Assembly (NCBI GenBank): GCA_965242965.1
Contig: OZ251518.1
Location: 2,336,001-2,400,000, forward strand
Direction: 5' to 3'
Source: Candidatus Poribacteria bacterium
GTDB lineage: Bacteria; Poribacteria; WGA-4E; WGA-3G
DNA: 64,000 nucleotides
Shown one piece after another: positions 45,356 to 56,004 of the stretch; position 1 is the stretch's first letter; each line of letters opens with the position of its first letter. The position numbers were made by a program, and so were the translations under genes. The notes beneath the pieces were generated by a model that was not told where the DNA came from, made no database searches, and worked only from the letters and a program-made list of their open reading frames with translations.

Positions 45356-47918
45356 ACTTCCGAATTACCATCTTCTTGGTTGCGATGAAATCCCCCGCCA
45401 GCAGCGTGTAGAAATAGACACCGCTTGCAACCAGTTCTCCCCGCGCATTGCAGCCATCCCAATACGCGGCGCGTCCCTTTGTCTGATAGATACCCGCAGA
45501 CCTCTGGCCTAATGCCAACGTGCGGACTAACCTCCCATCTGCCGAATGAATGGAGACCGCCACCTCAGCAGGTTTTGCTAATTGATAAGGTATCCACGTT
45601 TCCGGGTTAAACGGATTCGGATAGTTCGCAAGCAGTGCTGTTTTTTTCGGTGTCAAACGTGCGAGGAGCTGTTCCAACTTCGCGATGCCGCGTTGATAAG
45701 TGGGATTGGTAAGGTCGAGTCGTTGCGCCTGCACGAGCCAGGCTTGCACCTCGGTGGCGGTTAGCCGCTGTGCGGCAGGTGCGGCGGGTGCCTCTCCTTC
45801 CTCGGCGGCTTCTTCGTTGGCGGCTCCAAGGTCAATTGCATCCGCAACAATCAAGAGATCAGCGATGGTGACAGCACCATCGCCGTTGACATCGGCGGGG
45901 TGTGCAGTGCCGGTGTGTCCGAAGTTCAAGGCGACGAGGGCCAAATCAAAGTTGTTGACGATGCCATCGCCGCTTACATCAACGTTAAGTAGCGGTTCCG
46001 GTGCAGGCGGCGCGACGATGCCATCGCCGCTTACATCAGCGTTAGGTGGCGGTTCCCATGCGGGCGGCGCAAGTTTCCACAGGAGCACTACGCTACCGGA
46101 AAGCGTCGCAAGTGTGCGGCCATCGGAACTGAAGACACCGCTTCCGGCATACCTCGTATCTCCTTGGAGTGTGTTTTCTTCAAGTTGTCCGGTGGCTACA
46201 TCCCACAAGAAAACGGTTTCGACCTCACTCCATGCGAGGGTGCGGCCATCCGGGCTGAAGACAACGCTACCCCCATGCCCTTGTAGGGTATTTTGGAGTT
46301 TTCCGGTAGTGGCATCCCACAGGCGGATTCCATCTCCACCTGATGCGAGGGTGCGGCCATCCGGACTGAAGACAACCCTATAGACACCGCGGCCCAGCCT
46401 TTGTAGGGTATTTTGGAGTTTTCCGGTAGTGGCATCCCACAGGCGGATCTCTCTATCTTCACCACCCGATGCGAGGGTGCGGCCATCCGGACTGAAGGCA
46501 ACGCTCCAGACATCGCCCCTATGTCCTTGGAGGATATTGAGGGGGTGTCCGGTGATTGCATTCCACAGACGAATGATGGTGTCCTTACTTCCTGATGCGA
46601 GGGTGCGGCCATCCGGACTGAAGACGACGCTGATGACTCTATCCGTATGCCCTTGTAGGGTGTTTTGGAGTTTTCCGGTAGTGGCATCCCACACACGGAC
46701 GGTTTCGTCCCGACTTCCCGATGCGAGGATGCGGCCATCCGGACTGAAGACGACGCTCAAGACATAATCCGTATGTCCTTGTAGGGTATTTTGGAGTTTT
46801 CCGGTAGTGGCATCCCACAGACGGATCTCTCCAACGTGACTTCCCGATGCGAGGGTGCGACCATCCGGGCTGAAGACGACGCTGTCGCCTGTGGCCGTAT
46901 GCCCTTGTAGGATGTTTTTTTCGAGAAGTTTTCCGGTAATGGCATCCCACAGGAGGATTTCTCCATCTCCATCTGATACGAGGGTCCGGCCATCGGGGCT
47001 GAAGACGACGCTAGAGACATAGTCCGTATGTCCTTGTAGGGTGTTGAGGAGTTCGCCGGTAGTGGCATCCCACAGGCGGATTCCATCTCCACCGCCCGAA
47101 CCGCCCGATGCGAGGGTCCGGCCATCGGGGCTGAAGACGACGCTAGAGACATAGTCCGTATGTCCTTGTAGGGTGTTGAGGAGTTCGCCGGTAGTGGCAT
47201 CCCACAGGCGGATTCCATCTCCACCGCCCGAACCGCCCGATGCGAGGGTCCGGCCATCCGGACTGAAGACAACCCCATAAACATTGCCCCAATGTCCTTG
47301 TAGGGTGTTGAGGAGTTCGCCGGTAGTGGCATCCCACAGGCGGAGTTCTCCACCGGCACCACCCGATGCGAGGGTGCGGCCATCCGGACTGAAGACAACC
47401 TTAGAGACACCGCCCCTATGCCTTTGTAGGATATTGAGGGGGTGTCCGGTGATTGCATTCCATAGACGAATGATGGTGTCCTCACTCCCCGATGCGAGGG
47501 TGCGGCCATCCGGACTGAAGACGACGCTAGAGACATAGTCCGTATGCCCTTGTAGGGTGTTGAGGAGTTTTCCGGTAGTGGCATCCCACAGGCGGATCTC
47601 TCCATCTCGACTGCCCGATGCGAGGGTGCGGCCATCCGGACTGAAGACGACGCTAGAGACACTGCCCGTATGCCCGGTGAGCAGTGCCACTTCTTGATAG
47701 GTACCCGTATCGTAGAGCCAAATCCCGATGGAACTCGCAACCGCAAGCAGGGTGTCATCGGGAGAATACGCAATATCTGCGATGCCGCCTTTGCCGAGGC
47801 GCAGGGTTGCGCCTTCGGGCAATCCCCATCGGGCGGAGTCTTCTTGGGCGGTGGCGGGTATCAGTGCCATCGCGGCGTTTAATAGCAGGGTTAAGGTGAA
47901 CAACGTTAATTTCTTCAT
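45354..47918 (-). CDS. Secreted WD40-repeat protein with dockerin-like repeats and a C-terminal FlgD/T9SS-like domain
   Basis: Signal peptide, about 13 LQGH...VVFSPDGRTLASG...LWD repeats, DVSGDGIV/DVNGDGAV, LLANYPNPFNPETWIPYQL...SGVYFY. Confidence 0.93.
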   Translation of the reverse strand: MKKLTLFTLTLLLNAAMALIPATAQEDSARWGLPEGATLRLGKGGIADIAYSPDDTLLAVASSIGIWLYDTGTYQEVALLTGHTGSVSSVVFSPDGRTLASGSRDGEIRLWDATTGKLLNTLQGHTDYVSSVVFSPDGRTLASGSEDTIIRLWNAITGHPLNILQRHRGGVSKVVFSPDGRTLASGGAGGELRLWDATTGELLNTLQGHWGNVYGVVFSPDGRTLASGGSGGGDGIRLWDATTGELLNTLQGHTDYVSSVVFSPDGRTLASGGSGGGDGIRLWDATTGELLNTLQGHTDYVSSVVFSPDGRTLVSDGDGEILLWDAITGKLLEKNILQGHTATGDSVVFSPDGRTLASGSHVGEIRLWDATTGKLQNTLQGHTDYVLSVVFSPDGRILASGSRDETVRVWDATTGKLQNTLQGHTDRVISVVFSPDGRTLASGSKDTIIRLWNAITGHPLNILQGHRGDVWSVAFSPDGRTLASGGEDREIRLWDATTGKLQNTLQRLGRGVYRVVFSPDGRTLASGGDGIRLWDATTGKLQNTLQGHGGSVVFSPDGRTLAWSEVETVFLWDVATGQLEENTLQGDTRYAGSGVFSSDGRTLATLSGSVVLLWKLAPPAWEPPPNADVSGDGIVAPPAPEPLLNVDVSGDGIVNNFDLALVALNFGHTGTAHPADVNGDGAVTIADLLIVADAIDLGAANEEAAEEGEAPAAPAAQRLTATEVQAWLVQAQRLDLTNPTYQRGIAKLEQLLARLTPKKTALLANYPNPFNPETWIPYQLAKPAEVAVSIHSADGRLVRTLALGQRSAGIYQTKGRAAYWDGCNARGELVASGVYFYTLLAGDFIATKKMVIRK

Positions 47919-47939
47919 GTGGATTTCTCCGTTTGATAT

Positions 47940-48300
47940 TGAGACCGGGAGGTCTCTCCTACTGATAACATTGAGACTTGAAGGTCTCGTCTATTCTTCC
48001 AATCCTAAAGACTTGAGCGAAAACCCACTTTTTTCGTAACGCGAGGGCCTGTCCCCCGCGCTACGGTAACACGAACCGTTTTTTTTCACCGTAGCGCGAG
48101 GGCCTGTCCCTCGCGATCTCCAGCGTCAAAAGGTGGTGTTTTAGATCCGACGGACCTGAAGAGACGTTTTTTCCATAGCACGAACGATGGCGCGGGAAAC
48201 CCGCTCGCCTGCGCGTGTGGCAGGCGAGGGCCCGCGCCCTACGAAAACCCCGGCGTTGCATCGAGACCGGGAGGTCTCTCCTACCGAAGCGCGGCGATCC
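47940..48300. repeat. REP-like cluster
   Basis: gagaccgggaggtctctcctac x2, gtagcgcgagggcctgtccctcgcg and ggcgcgggaaacccgctcg modules. Confidence 0.8.
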
Positions 48301-48304
48301 CTGT

Positions 48305-49252
48305 TTAGAACCCCAACTGCTTATTCACAACGTTCTCCAACGGCTCACCCTTCAAATACCGCTCAAGGTTATCCAAGAAGAACGAAGTCGCCCGATGCTG
48401 ACGGTGCTGCGAACCACCTGCCGAATGCGGCGTGATGATCACGTTGTCTAAATCCCATAACGGACTCTCCGCCGAGAGCGGCTCGACCTCGGTGACATCT
48501 AACCCCGCGCCGGCGATTTTGCGCGCTTGTAGAATTTCAATCAGATCGGGTTCGTTGACAATCGGGCCGCGGGCGACGTTGATGAAAAACGCTGTCGACT
48601 GCATCACGGAGAGATTTGACGCGTTGATTAGCCCGCGCGTCTCCTCAGTCAGCGGACACGCAATCATGACAACCTCAACGCGGCTCATCAGGTTCGAGAG
48701 CTGATCGATCGGCATCAGTTCATCGACGTTATCCGGCTTCTCGGTGCGATAAGCATCGACAGCGATGACGTGCATGTCAAACCCTTTCGCGCGCTTCGCC
48801 ATCTGCATCCCGATGCCGCCCATCCCGACAATGCCGATTTTGAATCCATCAATCTCAATCATCGGGGATTTGCCGCCGCCCCACTGATGCTTATCTTGGT
48901 TGCGGACAGCGTCGTGGATGCCGCGCGCCAAACCGAGGAGGAGCGCGAACGCCTGGTCTGCGACATGCGAGCCGTAAAGCCCGGCGGCGTTCGTCAAAAT
49001 GACATCGCTGTCGCGGAGCGCAGGATACATGTGCCTGTCCATCCCCGCGCTGGAGGCTTGGATCCACTTGATATTCGGCAGGTGCGGGAAAATCTCCTCG
49101 CTGCAGAACCCGTAGAATACTTCGGCATCCGTGCCTTCTGCGATGAGTTCTTCGCGGGAGCTCGGCGTAACGAAGGTATGTTCGGTGCCAGTAATCGCCT
49201 CCAAACGTTGGAGGAGTTCGCCTTCTAAACGTCCTTGTAATAGAATTTTCAT
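48305..49252 (-). CDS. D-2-hydroxyacid dehydrogenase family protein
   Basis: GIVGMGGIG, INVARG, GAGLDVTEVEP, ITPH. Confidence 0.92.
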   Translation of the reverse strand: MKILLQGRLEGELLQRLEAITGTEHTFVTPSSREELIAEGTDAEVFYGFCSEEIFPHLPNIKWIQASSAGMDRHMYPALRDSDVILTNAAGLYGSHVADQAFALLLGLARGIHDAVRNQDKHQWGGGKSPMIEIDGFKIGIVGMGGIGMQMAKRAKGFDMHVIAVDAYRTEKPDNVDELMPIDQLSNLMSRVEVVMIACPLTEETRGLINASNLSVMQSTAFFINVARGPIVNEPDLIEILQARKIAGAGLDVTEVEPLSAESPLWDLDNVIITPHSAGGSQHRQHRATSFFLDNLERYLKGEPLENVVNKQLGF

Positions 49253-49379
49253 AAATTTTCCTTTCGGTTTCAGTGCGGACAGATATAGACATCTGTCCTT
49301 ACAGCCCGCTGGGTAGGAGGGACCTCCTGGTCCCGATGTGAAATATCGAGCCGGCGGGTTCTCCTACCGGTTTCTCGTG

Positions 49380-50276
49380 TTAGAGCCACGGCGGGTTTTC
49401 TGGGAGCAACGCCTGAAATGTGCCTAGCAATTCGGCTTCATAGACACCTGCGTATTGTTCGTTAAAGAACCTGTCCATCGCTTCGTCAAGGAAGCGGGCC
49501 CAGGATGCATCTTCGGCACCGGGATTCACAGGGAAAAACAGCGCGCCTACATCGCGGGCAGCTTTCAAATCGCCCGGCGAATCTCCGAGCATCAAGACGT
49601 GGTTTTCCGGATACCGGTCCTTCGTCGTTATCGTGAGATGTTCGGTTTTGGTGCCCATCTCCTGTCCGGCGATGAGCGCGACGTGCCGTTCGATCTGGTG
49701 TTCAGCCCATTCGCGTTTAAGTGCTTCGTCTGGCGTAGCGGAGACGACGATGACATCAGCCTTTCCCTGCAGCCGCTGCAACGTTTCTCGGACACCGGGA
49801 AATGGCGGGAGGTTATAGACAATCTCGGCGACGCTTTCGTTCACACCGAGGCTCCACGCCATCACCTGACTGAGTTCCTCGCGTTTCGCGCCGGTAGCGT
49901 TGTCAATCGCTTCTTGTAAGGCTGGATTACCGAGTTTGGTTTCGGTTGCAACCCAGTTGCGTAGATGTGGAAGTTCTGGCACGTTCACCCCCATCTTCTG
50001 CACAAGCGGCATTTGGCGGAGGAAATCGCACGAGAGCAAGATGGCTTTAAACCGATTCGTGCCGCGCGTCGTAGAGTAGAGGTTGACGAAATCCCACACT
50101 TGATGCACCTGCCGCGAGATGGAGGCAAGCCCGAAGTGTTTGACGAGATTGACGCTGAAGCAGTCGTTGTGTTTCACCTCCATGCTGTTGAAAACGCAAC
50201 CGTCCGAGTCAATGCCGACGAAGAACTCGTGTTGCGGTTGAAAATCGTATAAGGCTTGTTGCGGTTCGTGTGGCAT
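49380..50276 (-). CDS. HAD-superfamily hydrolase
   Basis: GIDSDGC (motif I), VVSAT, MLGDSPGD. Confidence 0.88.
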   Translation of the reverse strand: MPHEPQQALYDFQPQHEFFVGIDSDGCVFNSMEVKHNDCFSVNLVKHFGLASISRQVHQVWDFVNLYSTTRGTNRFKAILLSCDFLRQMPLVQKMGVNVPELPHLRNWVATETKLGNPALQEAIDNATGAKREELSQVMAWSLGVNESVAEIVYNLPPFPGVRETLQRLQGKADVIVVSATPDEALKREWAEHQIERHVALIAGQEMGTKTEHLTITTKDRYPENHVLMLGDSPGDLKAARDVGALFFPVNPGAEDASWARFLDEAMDRFFNEQYAGVYEAELLGTFQALLPENPPWL

Positions 50277-50294
50277 AGAGCCCTCCTGTCCTGA

Positions 50295-51758
50295 TTAATC
50301 GATAACGACTTCCGGGCGGCCGTCTAACATCCATTCGGTGTGGAACACCGTCGGTTCGCCGTTTTCGCCGAGGATAGTGTTTCCATCGGCATCAAGTTTA
50401 TGATAGGTGTGCGCGCCGAAGTAATCGCGCATCGCTTGGATGAGGTTCGCCGAAAGCCGCCCGCTACGATAACTATCGAAATAGGCGAGCGCGGAACTGA
50501 ACGCCGGCATCGGCACGCCGAGCTGCGTCGCTGTCGCGACGACATGCCGCCACTGCGGTTGCGCCTTCTCAATCACCTCGCGAAAATAGTCGTCAAGCAA
50601 GAGATTCGGCAAGGCAGGGTTCCTCTCAAACGCCTCGGCGATGCGGTGCAGGAATTTCGCGCGGATGATACACCCGCCGCGCCAGCCGAGACTGATACTC
50701 CCCAGTTCGAGGTTCCAGTCAAATTCCTTGCTTGCTTCTCGCATTAAGGCGAACCCTTGCGCGTAGGAGCAGATCTTCGCGGCGTAAAGCGCGTCGTGAA
50801 TAGCCGTGAGAAATTCGTCGCGGCTGCCTTCGTAGAGCCCGCTGGGGCCCTTGATAATCTGTGATGCTTCCACCCGTTCGCTTTTGATGGCAGAGATGCA
50901 TCGCGCGAAAACCGCCTCGGCGATAGTGGGGGCAGAGATGCCTAAGTCAAGCGCGGAGATGCTCGTCCATTTGCCTGTGCCTTTCTGTCCCGCCTGATCG
51001 AGAACAACATCGACAAAGGCAGCACCGCCGGCATCAAGTTGCGTAAAGATGTCTGCCGTGATTTCGATTAAGTAAGAATTCAGTTCGCCGCTGTTCCATT
51101 CGCTGAACACTTCGTGCATCTCCGCTGCTTCCATGCCGAGGGTGTTTTTCATCAGCGCATAAGCCTCGCAGATGAGTTGCATGTCGCCGTATTCGATGCC
51201 GTTATGCACCATCTTGACGTAGTGTCCCGCGCCGTTCGGGCCGATATAAGAACAGCAGGGAGTGCCGTCCACTTGCGCGGCAATCTGGGTGAAAATGGGT
51301 TCAACGAGCGCGTAAGCCTCCGGCGAGCCGCCGGGCATCATCGCTGGGCCCTTGAGCGCGCCCTCCTCGCCGCCGGAGATCCCCGTGCCGATGAAGAGGA
51401 TATCGCGTTCGGCGAGTGCCGCATGCCGACGGATAGTATCCATAAAATTAGAGTTACCGCCATCAATAACCAGATCACCGGTGGAAAGGTGCGGCACTAA
51501 CTGCGCGATAAATGCATCGACTGGTTCCCCCGCCTTCACCATCAAAATGATTTTCCGCGGTGTCTCCAATTCTTCGATGAGCGCTGGAATGGCGTGCGCG
51601 CCGACAATATTTTTCCCCTTCGCCGCGCCTGATATGAAAGCGTCAACGCGTGACACGGTGCGGTTAAAGACGGCGACTTCAAACCCGCGGCTTTCGATGT
51701 TCAGCGCGAGGTTTTCGCCCATCACCGCCAATCCGATAAGTCCAATATCTGCTGCCAA
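50295..51758 (-). CDS. gnd: NADP-dependent 6-phosphogluconate dehydrogenase
   Basis: IGLAVMG, VKMVHNGIEYGDMQ, QKGTGKWT, RDYFGAH. TTG start after GGAGG. Confidence 0.96.
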   Translation of the reverse strand: MAADIGLIGLAVMGENLALNIESRGFEVAVFNRTVSRVDAFISGAAKGKNIVGAHAIPALIEELETPRKIILMVKAGEPVDAFIAQLVPHLSTGDLVIDGGNSNFMDTIRRHAALAERDILFIGTGISGGEEGALKGPAMMPGGSPEAYALVEPIFTQIAAQVDGTPCCSYIGPNGAGHYVKMVHNGIEYGDMQLICEAYALMKNTLGMEAAEMHEVFSEWNSGELNSYLIEITADIFTQLDAGGAAFVDVVLDQAGQKGTGKWTSISALDLGISAPTIAEAVFARCISAIKSERVEASQIIKGPSGLYEGSRDEFLTAIHDALYAAKICSYAQGFALMREASKEFDWNLELGSISLGWRGGCIIRAKFLHRIAEAFERNPALPNLLLDDYFREVIEKAQPQWRHVVATATQLGVPMPAFSSALAYFDSYRSGRLSANLIQAMRDYFGAHTYHKLDADGNTILGENGEPTVFHTEWMLDGRPEVVID

Positions 51759-51920
51759 ATTTGTATTCCTCCGAAATTCGCTCCGGGTAGGTGCGGTTTC
51801 AAACCGCGCCTACGGGGTTTCGTTTTGCGTCCGTTCTCTTTCGCTTACACTATAATAAATTGAAAAGGAAATCGTGTCAAGAAAAAAAGAGACGCGTCTG
51901 CTATAACTTGGCATAATTTT

Positions 51921-52256
51921 ATTGAGGGTGTTTCATAACTCAAGAAACCGTCCGGTTACCGTAGCGCGGGGGCCTGTCCCCCGCGAGCGTTTCAAAAAAT
52001 AAATGCCGATTTACCGTAGCGCGAGGGCCTGTCCCTCGCGATCGTTACATGGCGAGGGACAAGCCCTCACCCTACAGTAAATCGGGGCGTTTTTTGTCGA
52101 CCCGTTCGGGAGCAGGCGCTCCCGAACTACGGTCTTTTACAAGGTCTAGGCATGGCGAGGGACAGGCCCTCGCCCTACGTGAAGGGGCGACGTTTTTTTA
52201 CCGTAGCGCGAGGCCTGTCCCCCGCGACGTTGAGCGAGTTATGAAACCCCCTCAAT
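51921..52256. mobile_element. MITE-like element with 21-bp TIRs (1 mismatch) filled with REP modules
   Basis: attgagggtgtttcataactc ... gagttatgaaaccccctcaat. Confidence 0.72.
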
Positions 52257-52352
52257 TTTATTAAACCTTTTTTTGCAAATTCACGTCAAACCAATAGTGC
52301 CTGTTATCGCAACATTTGCCGCCCGGCGCAATCGGCCGGAAAGGAACCCACA

Positions 52353-54116
52353 ATTCGTAGTCTACTCGGTTTAAAAAAATACGTCATTCGTTATAGATAC
52401 GCCATCTTAGCCAGTTTTATTCTGGTGTTGCTGACGAACGCGCTGATGCTCGTCAGCCCGAAAATTCTCCAGATGGTTTTTGATGAACTGGACCAGGTAT
52501 TGCGTGATAAAGACAGGACGATATCTTCGGGTCGGCTCGTCTTTTTCGCGATGCTCGTTTTCGGTGTCGCGCTGTTTGCTGGCATCCTGCGGTTCGTGCA
52601 GCGGCGCACTATTCAGAGCGTCGCGCGGCAGATGGAATATCACCTCCGTGCGGATTTCTTTATCCACCTGCAAAAACTCTCCGCCGCTTATTACGATAAC
52701 GTGCGCACTGGAGATTTGATGACGCGCGCCACTAGCGATTTGAACGCCATCCGGATGGTGCTCAGCAGTGCGGTGATGTATACCGCCGATGCGACGGTGT
52801 TTTTCGGTTTCGCACTGTTGCTCATGTTGCGGATTGATGCAAGTCTGACGCTCGTCGCGCTGCTGCCCTATCCCGTCCTCGCGATTTTCATTCGCCAGCT
52901 CGGAAAGCGGCTGCACGTCCACTACGAAGGCATTCAAGAGGCGTTTTCTGTGCTAAACACGAAGGTGCAGGAGAACCTCTCCGGCGTGCGCGTCGTGAAG
53001 GCATATACGCTGGAGCAAAGCGAGGTAGCGCATTTTCAGGAACTCAACGATGAATTTGTCGGACGGAATCACCGGCAAATCCGGCTGATGTCCTTCTTCT
53101 TTCCGCTCTTCCGGTTTCTACCCGGCATCGCCACCGTGGTTCTACTCTGGATGGGCGGCCTCCATGTCATCGAAGAAAAAATCACCATTGGTGAGTTTGT
53201 GGCGTTCAACGCCTATCTCCTCATGCTCGTGCGCCCGATGATAACACTCGGTTTCATCGTGAATACTTTTGAACGCGGCGCGGCATCTATGGGGAGAATG
53301 AACGCAATCCTCAATGAAAAACCTGAGATTTACGATGGCGAAAACGTCAAGTGGCAGATCAAAAGCATTGACGGAGAAATTGAGTTTCGGGAACTGAATT
53401 TTGCGTATCCCGATGGACTACCGGTGCTGAAAAATATCAATCTCAAGGTGAAGAGCGGTTCAACACTCGCGATTGTCGGCGGCACGGGTTCCGGGAAATC
53501 GACGTTGGTGACGCTGATTTCGCGTATCCGCCAAGCAGAACGCGGGACGGTGTTTATTGATGGCGTTGATATTCAGGATATCCCGCTGAACGTCCTCCGT
53601 TCTAACATCGGCGTTGTAGAGCAGGAACCCTTTCTATTTTCAGACTATTTGCGGAATAACATCGCTTACGGGGTGGAGACTGCCAACGATGAGGAGATTC
53701 GGGAGGCGGCACGAACCGCCGATCTACTCGCGCAAATTGAGGAGTTCCCGGAAGGATTAGATACGCTTTTAGGCGAACGCGGCGCGACGATTTCAGGCGG
53801 ACAACGCCAACGGAGTGCCCTCGCCCGGGCCATTCTGATTAAGCCCAAAATACTTATCCTTGACGATGCCTTCGCGAATGTCGACACGCAAACGGAGGAC
53901 ACCATCCTCTCCCGACTCGCGCACATCATGAAAGACCGGACGACTATCCTCATCTCGCATCGCATATCAACAGTGAAAAACGCAGACCGGATTATCGTCC
54001 TCAACGATGGAAGCATCGTTGAAACCGGCACGCACGAGCAGTTGCTCGCGCAAAACGGGGTTTATGCCGGCATCTATGAGAAGCAGCTTTTGCAGGAAGA
54101 ATTAGCGGAATTGTAA
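52353..54116 (+). CDS. Heterodimeric ABC exporter subunit 1 (TMD+NBD); probable ATT start at 52353
   Basis: GGTGSGKS, ISGGQRQR, degenerate Walker B ILDDA. The frame stays open upstream of the track start as (M)RSLLGLKKYVIRYRY. Confidence 0.9.
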   Translation: MRSLLGLKKYVIRYRYAILASFILVLLTNALMLVSPKILQMVFDELDQVLRDKDRTISSGRLVFFAMLVFGVALFAGILRFVQRRTIQSVARQMEYHLRADFFIHLQKLSAAYYDNVRTGDLMTRATSDLNAIRMVLSSAVMYTADATVFFGFALLLMLRIDASLTLVALLPYPVLAIFIRQLGKRLHVHYEGIQEAFSVLNTKVQENLSGVRVVKAYTLEQSEVAHFQELNDEFVGRNHRQIRLMSFFFPLFRFLPGIATVVLLWMGGLHVIEEKITIGEFVAFNAYLLMLVRPMITLGFIVNTFERGAASMGRMNAILNEKPEIYDGENVKWQIKSIDGEIEFRELNFAYPDGLPVLKNINLKVKSGSTLAIVGGTGSGKSTLVTLISRIRQAERGTVFIDGVDIQDIPLNVLRSNIGVVEQEPFLFSDYLRNNIAYGVETANDEEIREAARTADLLAQIEEFPEGLDTLLGERGATISGGQRQRSALARAILIKPKILILDDAFANVDTQTEDTILSRLAHIMKDRTTILISHRISTVKNADRIIVLNDGSIVETGTHEQLLAQNGVYAGIYEKQLLQEELAEL

Positions 54117-54189
54117 TTTTCCTCGCGTGCGCGGTTTGTAATCGCGCCTGCCGAACGCCTTGCGAACAACAAAAAAGGAGGAACTGCCC

Positions 54190-56004
54190 ATGTTTGGGAT
54201 GGGAGGTGACCTGCACGAATATAGCGATGAAGAACAAGAACTCGGAAAAGTCTATGACCGGGTGCTAATGAAACGGCTCCTCGCGTATCTCAAGCCGTAT
54301 AAATTCCAATTAGTGCTTATCGGTTTTTTCATCCTCGGAAATACGCTGGCGGCCCTCGCCAGGCCGGCTCTGATGCAACTCGCGATTGACGAGAAAATCA
54401 CCCCCGGCCAACTTGAAGGGTTAAGCACCATCGCGATGTTTGTGGTATTTGCGTTGGTGAGCGAGTTCGTGTTTAGTTATTTTGAGGAGTATCGCACGCA
54501 GTTGCTCGGGCAACATGTCATGCGCGACCTGCGGAGAACCCTCTTTACACATCTCCAACGCTTAGATGTGCAGTTTTTCGACAGAAACCCGGTGGGCAGG
54601 CTCATGACGCGCGTGATGGGCGATGTGCAAGTGCTGAATGAACTGTTCAGTTCCGGCGTGATTACAGGCTTCGCGAACCTACTCAAAATAGCTGGCATCA
54701 TGGTGGCGATGCTGCTCTACAATTGGAAATTGGCACTGGCGACGTTTACCGTCATCCCGATTATCTTCGTCGCGACGCTGGTTTACCAGATTTACTCGCG
54801 CCGCGCGTTTCGCGAACAACGCAAGCAGTTGGCACGCATCAATGCTTTCTTGCAGGAAAACATCGTCGGCATGACGACGATGAAGTTGTTCGCGCAGGAA
54901 CGGCGCAGCTATTTACGTTTCAACGAACGCAACCGAAAATACCTCGCCGCGAATCTACGGAGCATCTTCTATTTCTCCATTTTCCATCCGCTAATCGAAG
55001 TGATGGGCTCCCTCGCGACAGCGGTGATTATCTGGTATGGCGGCGGACAACTCGTGCAAGATGCGTTGACGTTGGGCGTGCTTGTCGCCTTCATCGGCTA
55101 TGCTGAACGCCTCTTCTGGCCGATTCGGGAACTGAGCGAGAAATACACCATTTTCCAAAACGCAATGGCATCCTCCGAACGCATCTTCCAACTGCTAGAT
55201 ACGCAGCCAACTATCGCCTCTACTGCGCCGAGGAGCGGGAGCCCCAAAGTCTTGAAAGGCGAGATTGAGTTCCGCAACGTCTGGTTTGCCTATAACGATG
55301 ACGACTACGTCCTCCGCGATGTCTCCTTCACCGTGAAGCCGGGCGAAAAAGTCGCGCTCGTTGGGCATACCGGTGCAGGAAAGAGTTCAATTATCAACAT
55401 CCTCAGCCGTTTCTATGAAATCAACAAAGGACAAATTCTGATTGATGGCGTGGATATCCGGGACATGGCTCTGGAAGAACTGCGCGAAGCGATTAGCATC
55501 GTGCAACAGAACATCTTCCTCTTTTCGGATTCCATTGAACGGAATATCAGTCTCGGCAAGTCCGCAGTCTCATCCGAGCAGGTGAAGCAAGCCGCCAAAG
55601 ATGTGCATTTGGATCGGTTTGTTCAGAAAATGCCTGAGATATACGGCACCGTAGTCAAAGAAGATGGCGGTGGGTTATCGGTTGGGCAGAAGCAACTCGT
55701 TGCCTTCGCGCGCGCCTTAGCCTCCGACCCGAGTATTCTCGTCTTAGACGAAGCCACTTCTAGCGTTGACACCGAGACAGAGATTTTAATTGAAGATGCG
55801 CTGAATCGTTTGATGGAGAATCGGACTTCTGTCGTCATCGCGCATCGGCTCTCCACTATCCAGAATGCGGATAAGATTATTGTGCTGCACCGAGGTGAGA
55901 TCCGCGAGACAGGCACGCATGCGGCACTTTTGCAACAGCGCGGGATTTATTATCGGTTGTATCAGTTGCAGTATAAGGGACAGGAGGCGTTGCGCGCCCG
56001 GTAG
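54190..56004 (+). CDS. Heterodimeric ABC exporter subunit 2 (TMD+NBD)
   Basis: GHTGAGKS, degenerate signature LSVGQKQ, LDEATS, IAHR. ATG 54190 after AGGAGG. Confidence 0.92.
   Translation: MFGMGGDLHEYSDEEQELGKVYDRVLMKRLLAYLKPYKFQLVLIGFFILGNTLAALARPALMQLAIDEKITPGQLEGLSTIAMFVVFALVSEFVFSYFEEYRTQLLGQHVMRDLRRTLFTHLQRLDVQFFDRNPVGRLMTRVMGDVQVLNELFSSGVITGFANLLKIAGIMVAMLLYNWKLALATFTVIPIIFVATLVYQIYSRRAFREQRKQLARINAFLQENIVGMTTMKLFAQERRSYLRFNERNRKYLAANLRSIFYFSIFHPLIEVMGSLATAVIIWYGGGQLVQDALTLGVLVAFIGYAERLFWPIRELSEKYTIFQNAMASSERIFQLLDTQPTIASTAPRSGSPKVLKGEIEFRNVWFAYNDDDYVLRDVSFTVKPGEKVALVGHTGAGKSSIINILSRFYEINKGQILIDGVDIRDMALEELREAISIVQQNIFLFSDSIERNISLGKSAVSSEQVKQAAKDVHLDRFVQKMPEIYGTVVKEDGGGLSVGQKQLVAFARALASDPSILVLDEATSSVDTETEILIEDALNRLMENRTSVVIAHRLSTIQNADKIIVLHRGEIRETGTHAALLQQRGIYYRLYQLQYKGQEALRAR

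Noticed and set aside
46196-47773. 180-aa and 338-aa alternative-frame ORFs within the WD40 gene
   Set aside because: By-products of near-identical tandem repeats.
45354-47918. Possible diversity-generating retroelement target
   Set aside because: No reverse transcriptase or non-coding template repeat in the window, and the differences are not evidently adenine-specific.
52353-56004. Degenerate Walker B and signature motifs suggesting inactive ABC genes
   Set aside because: Expected asymmetry of heterodimeric exporters with one degenerate nucleotide-binding site.
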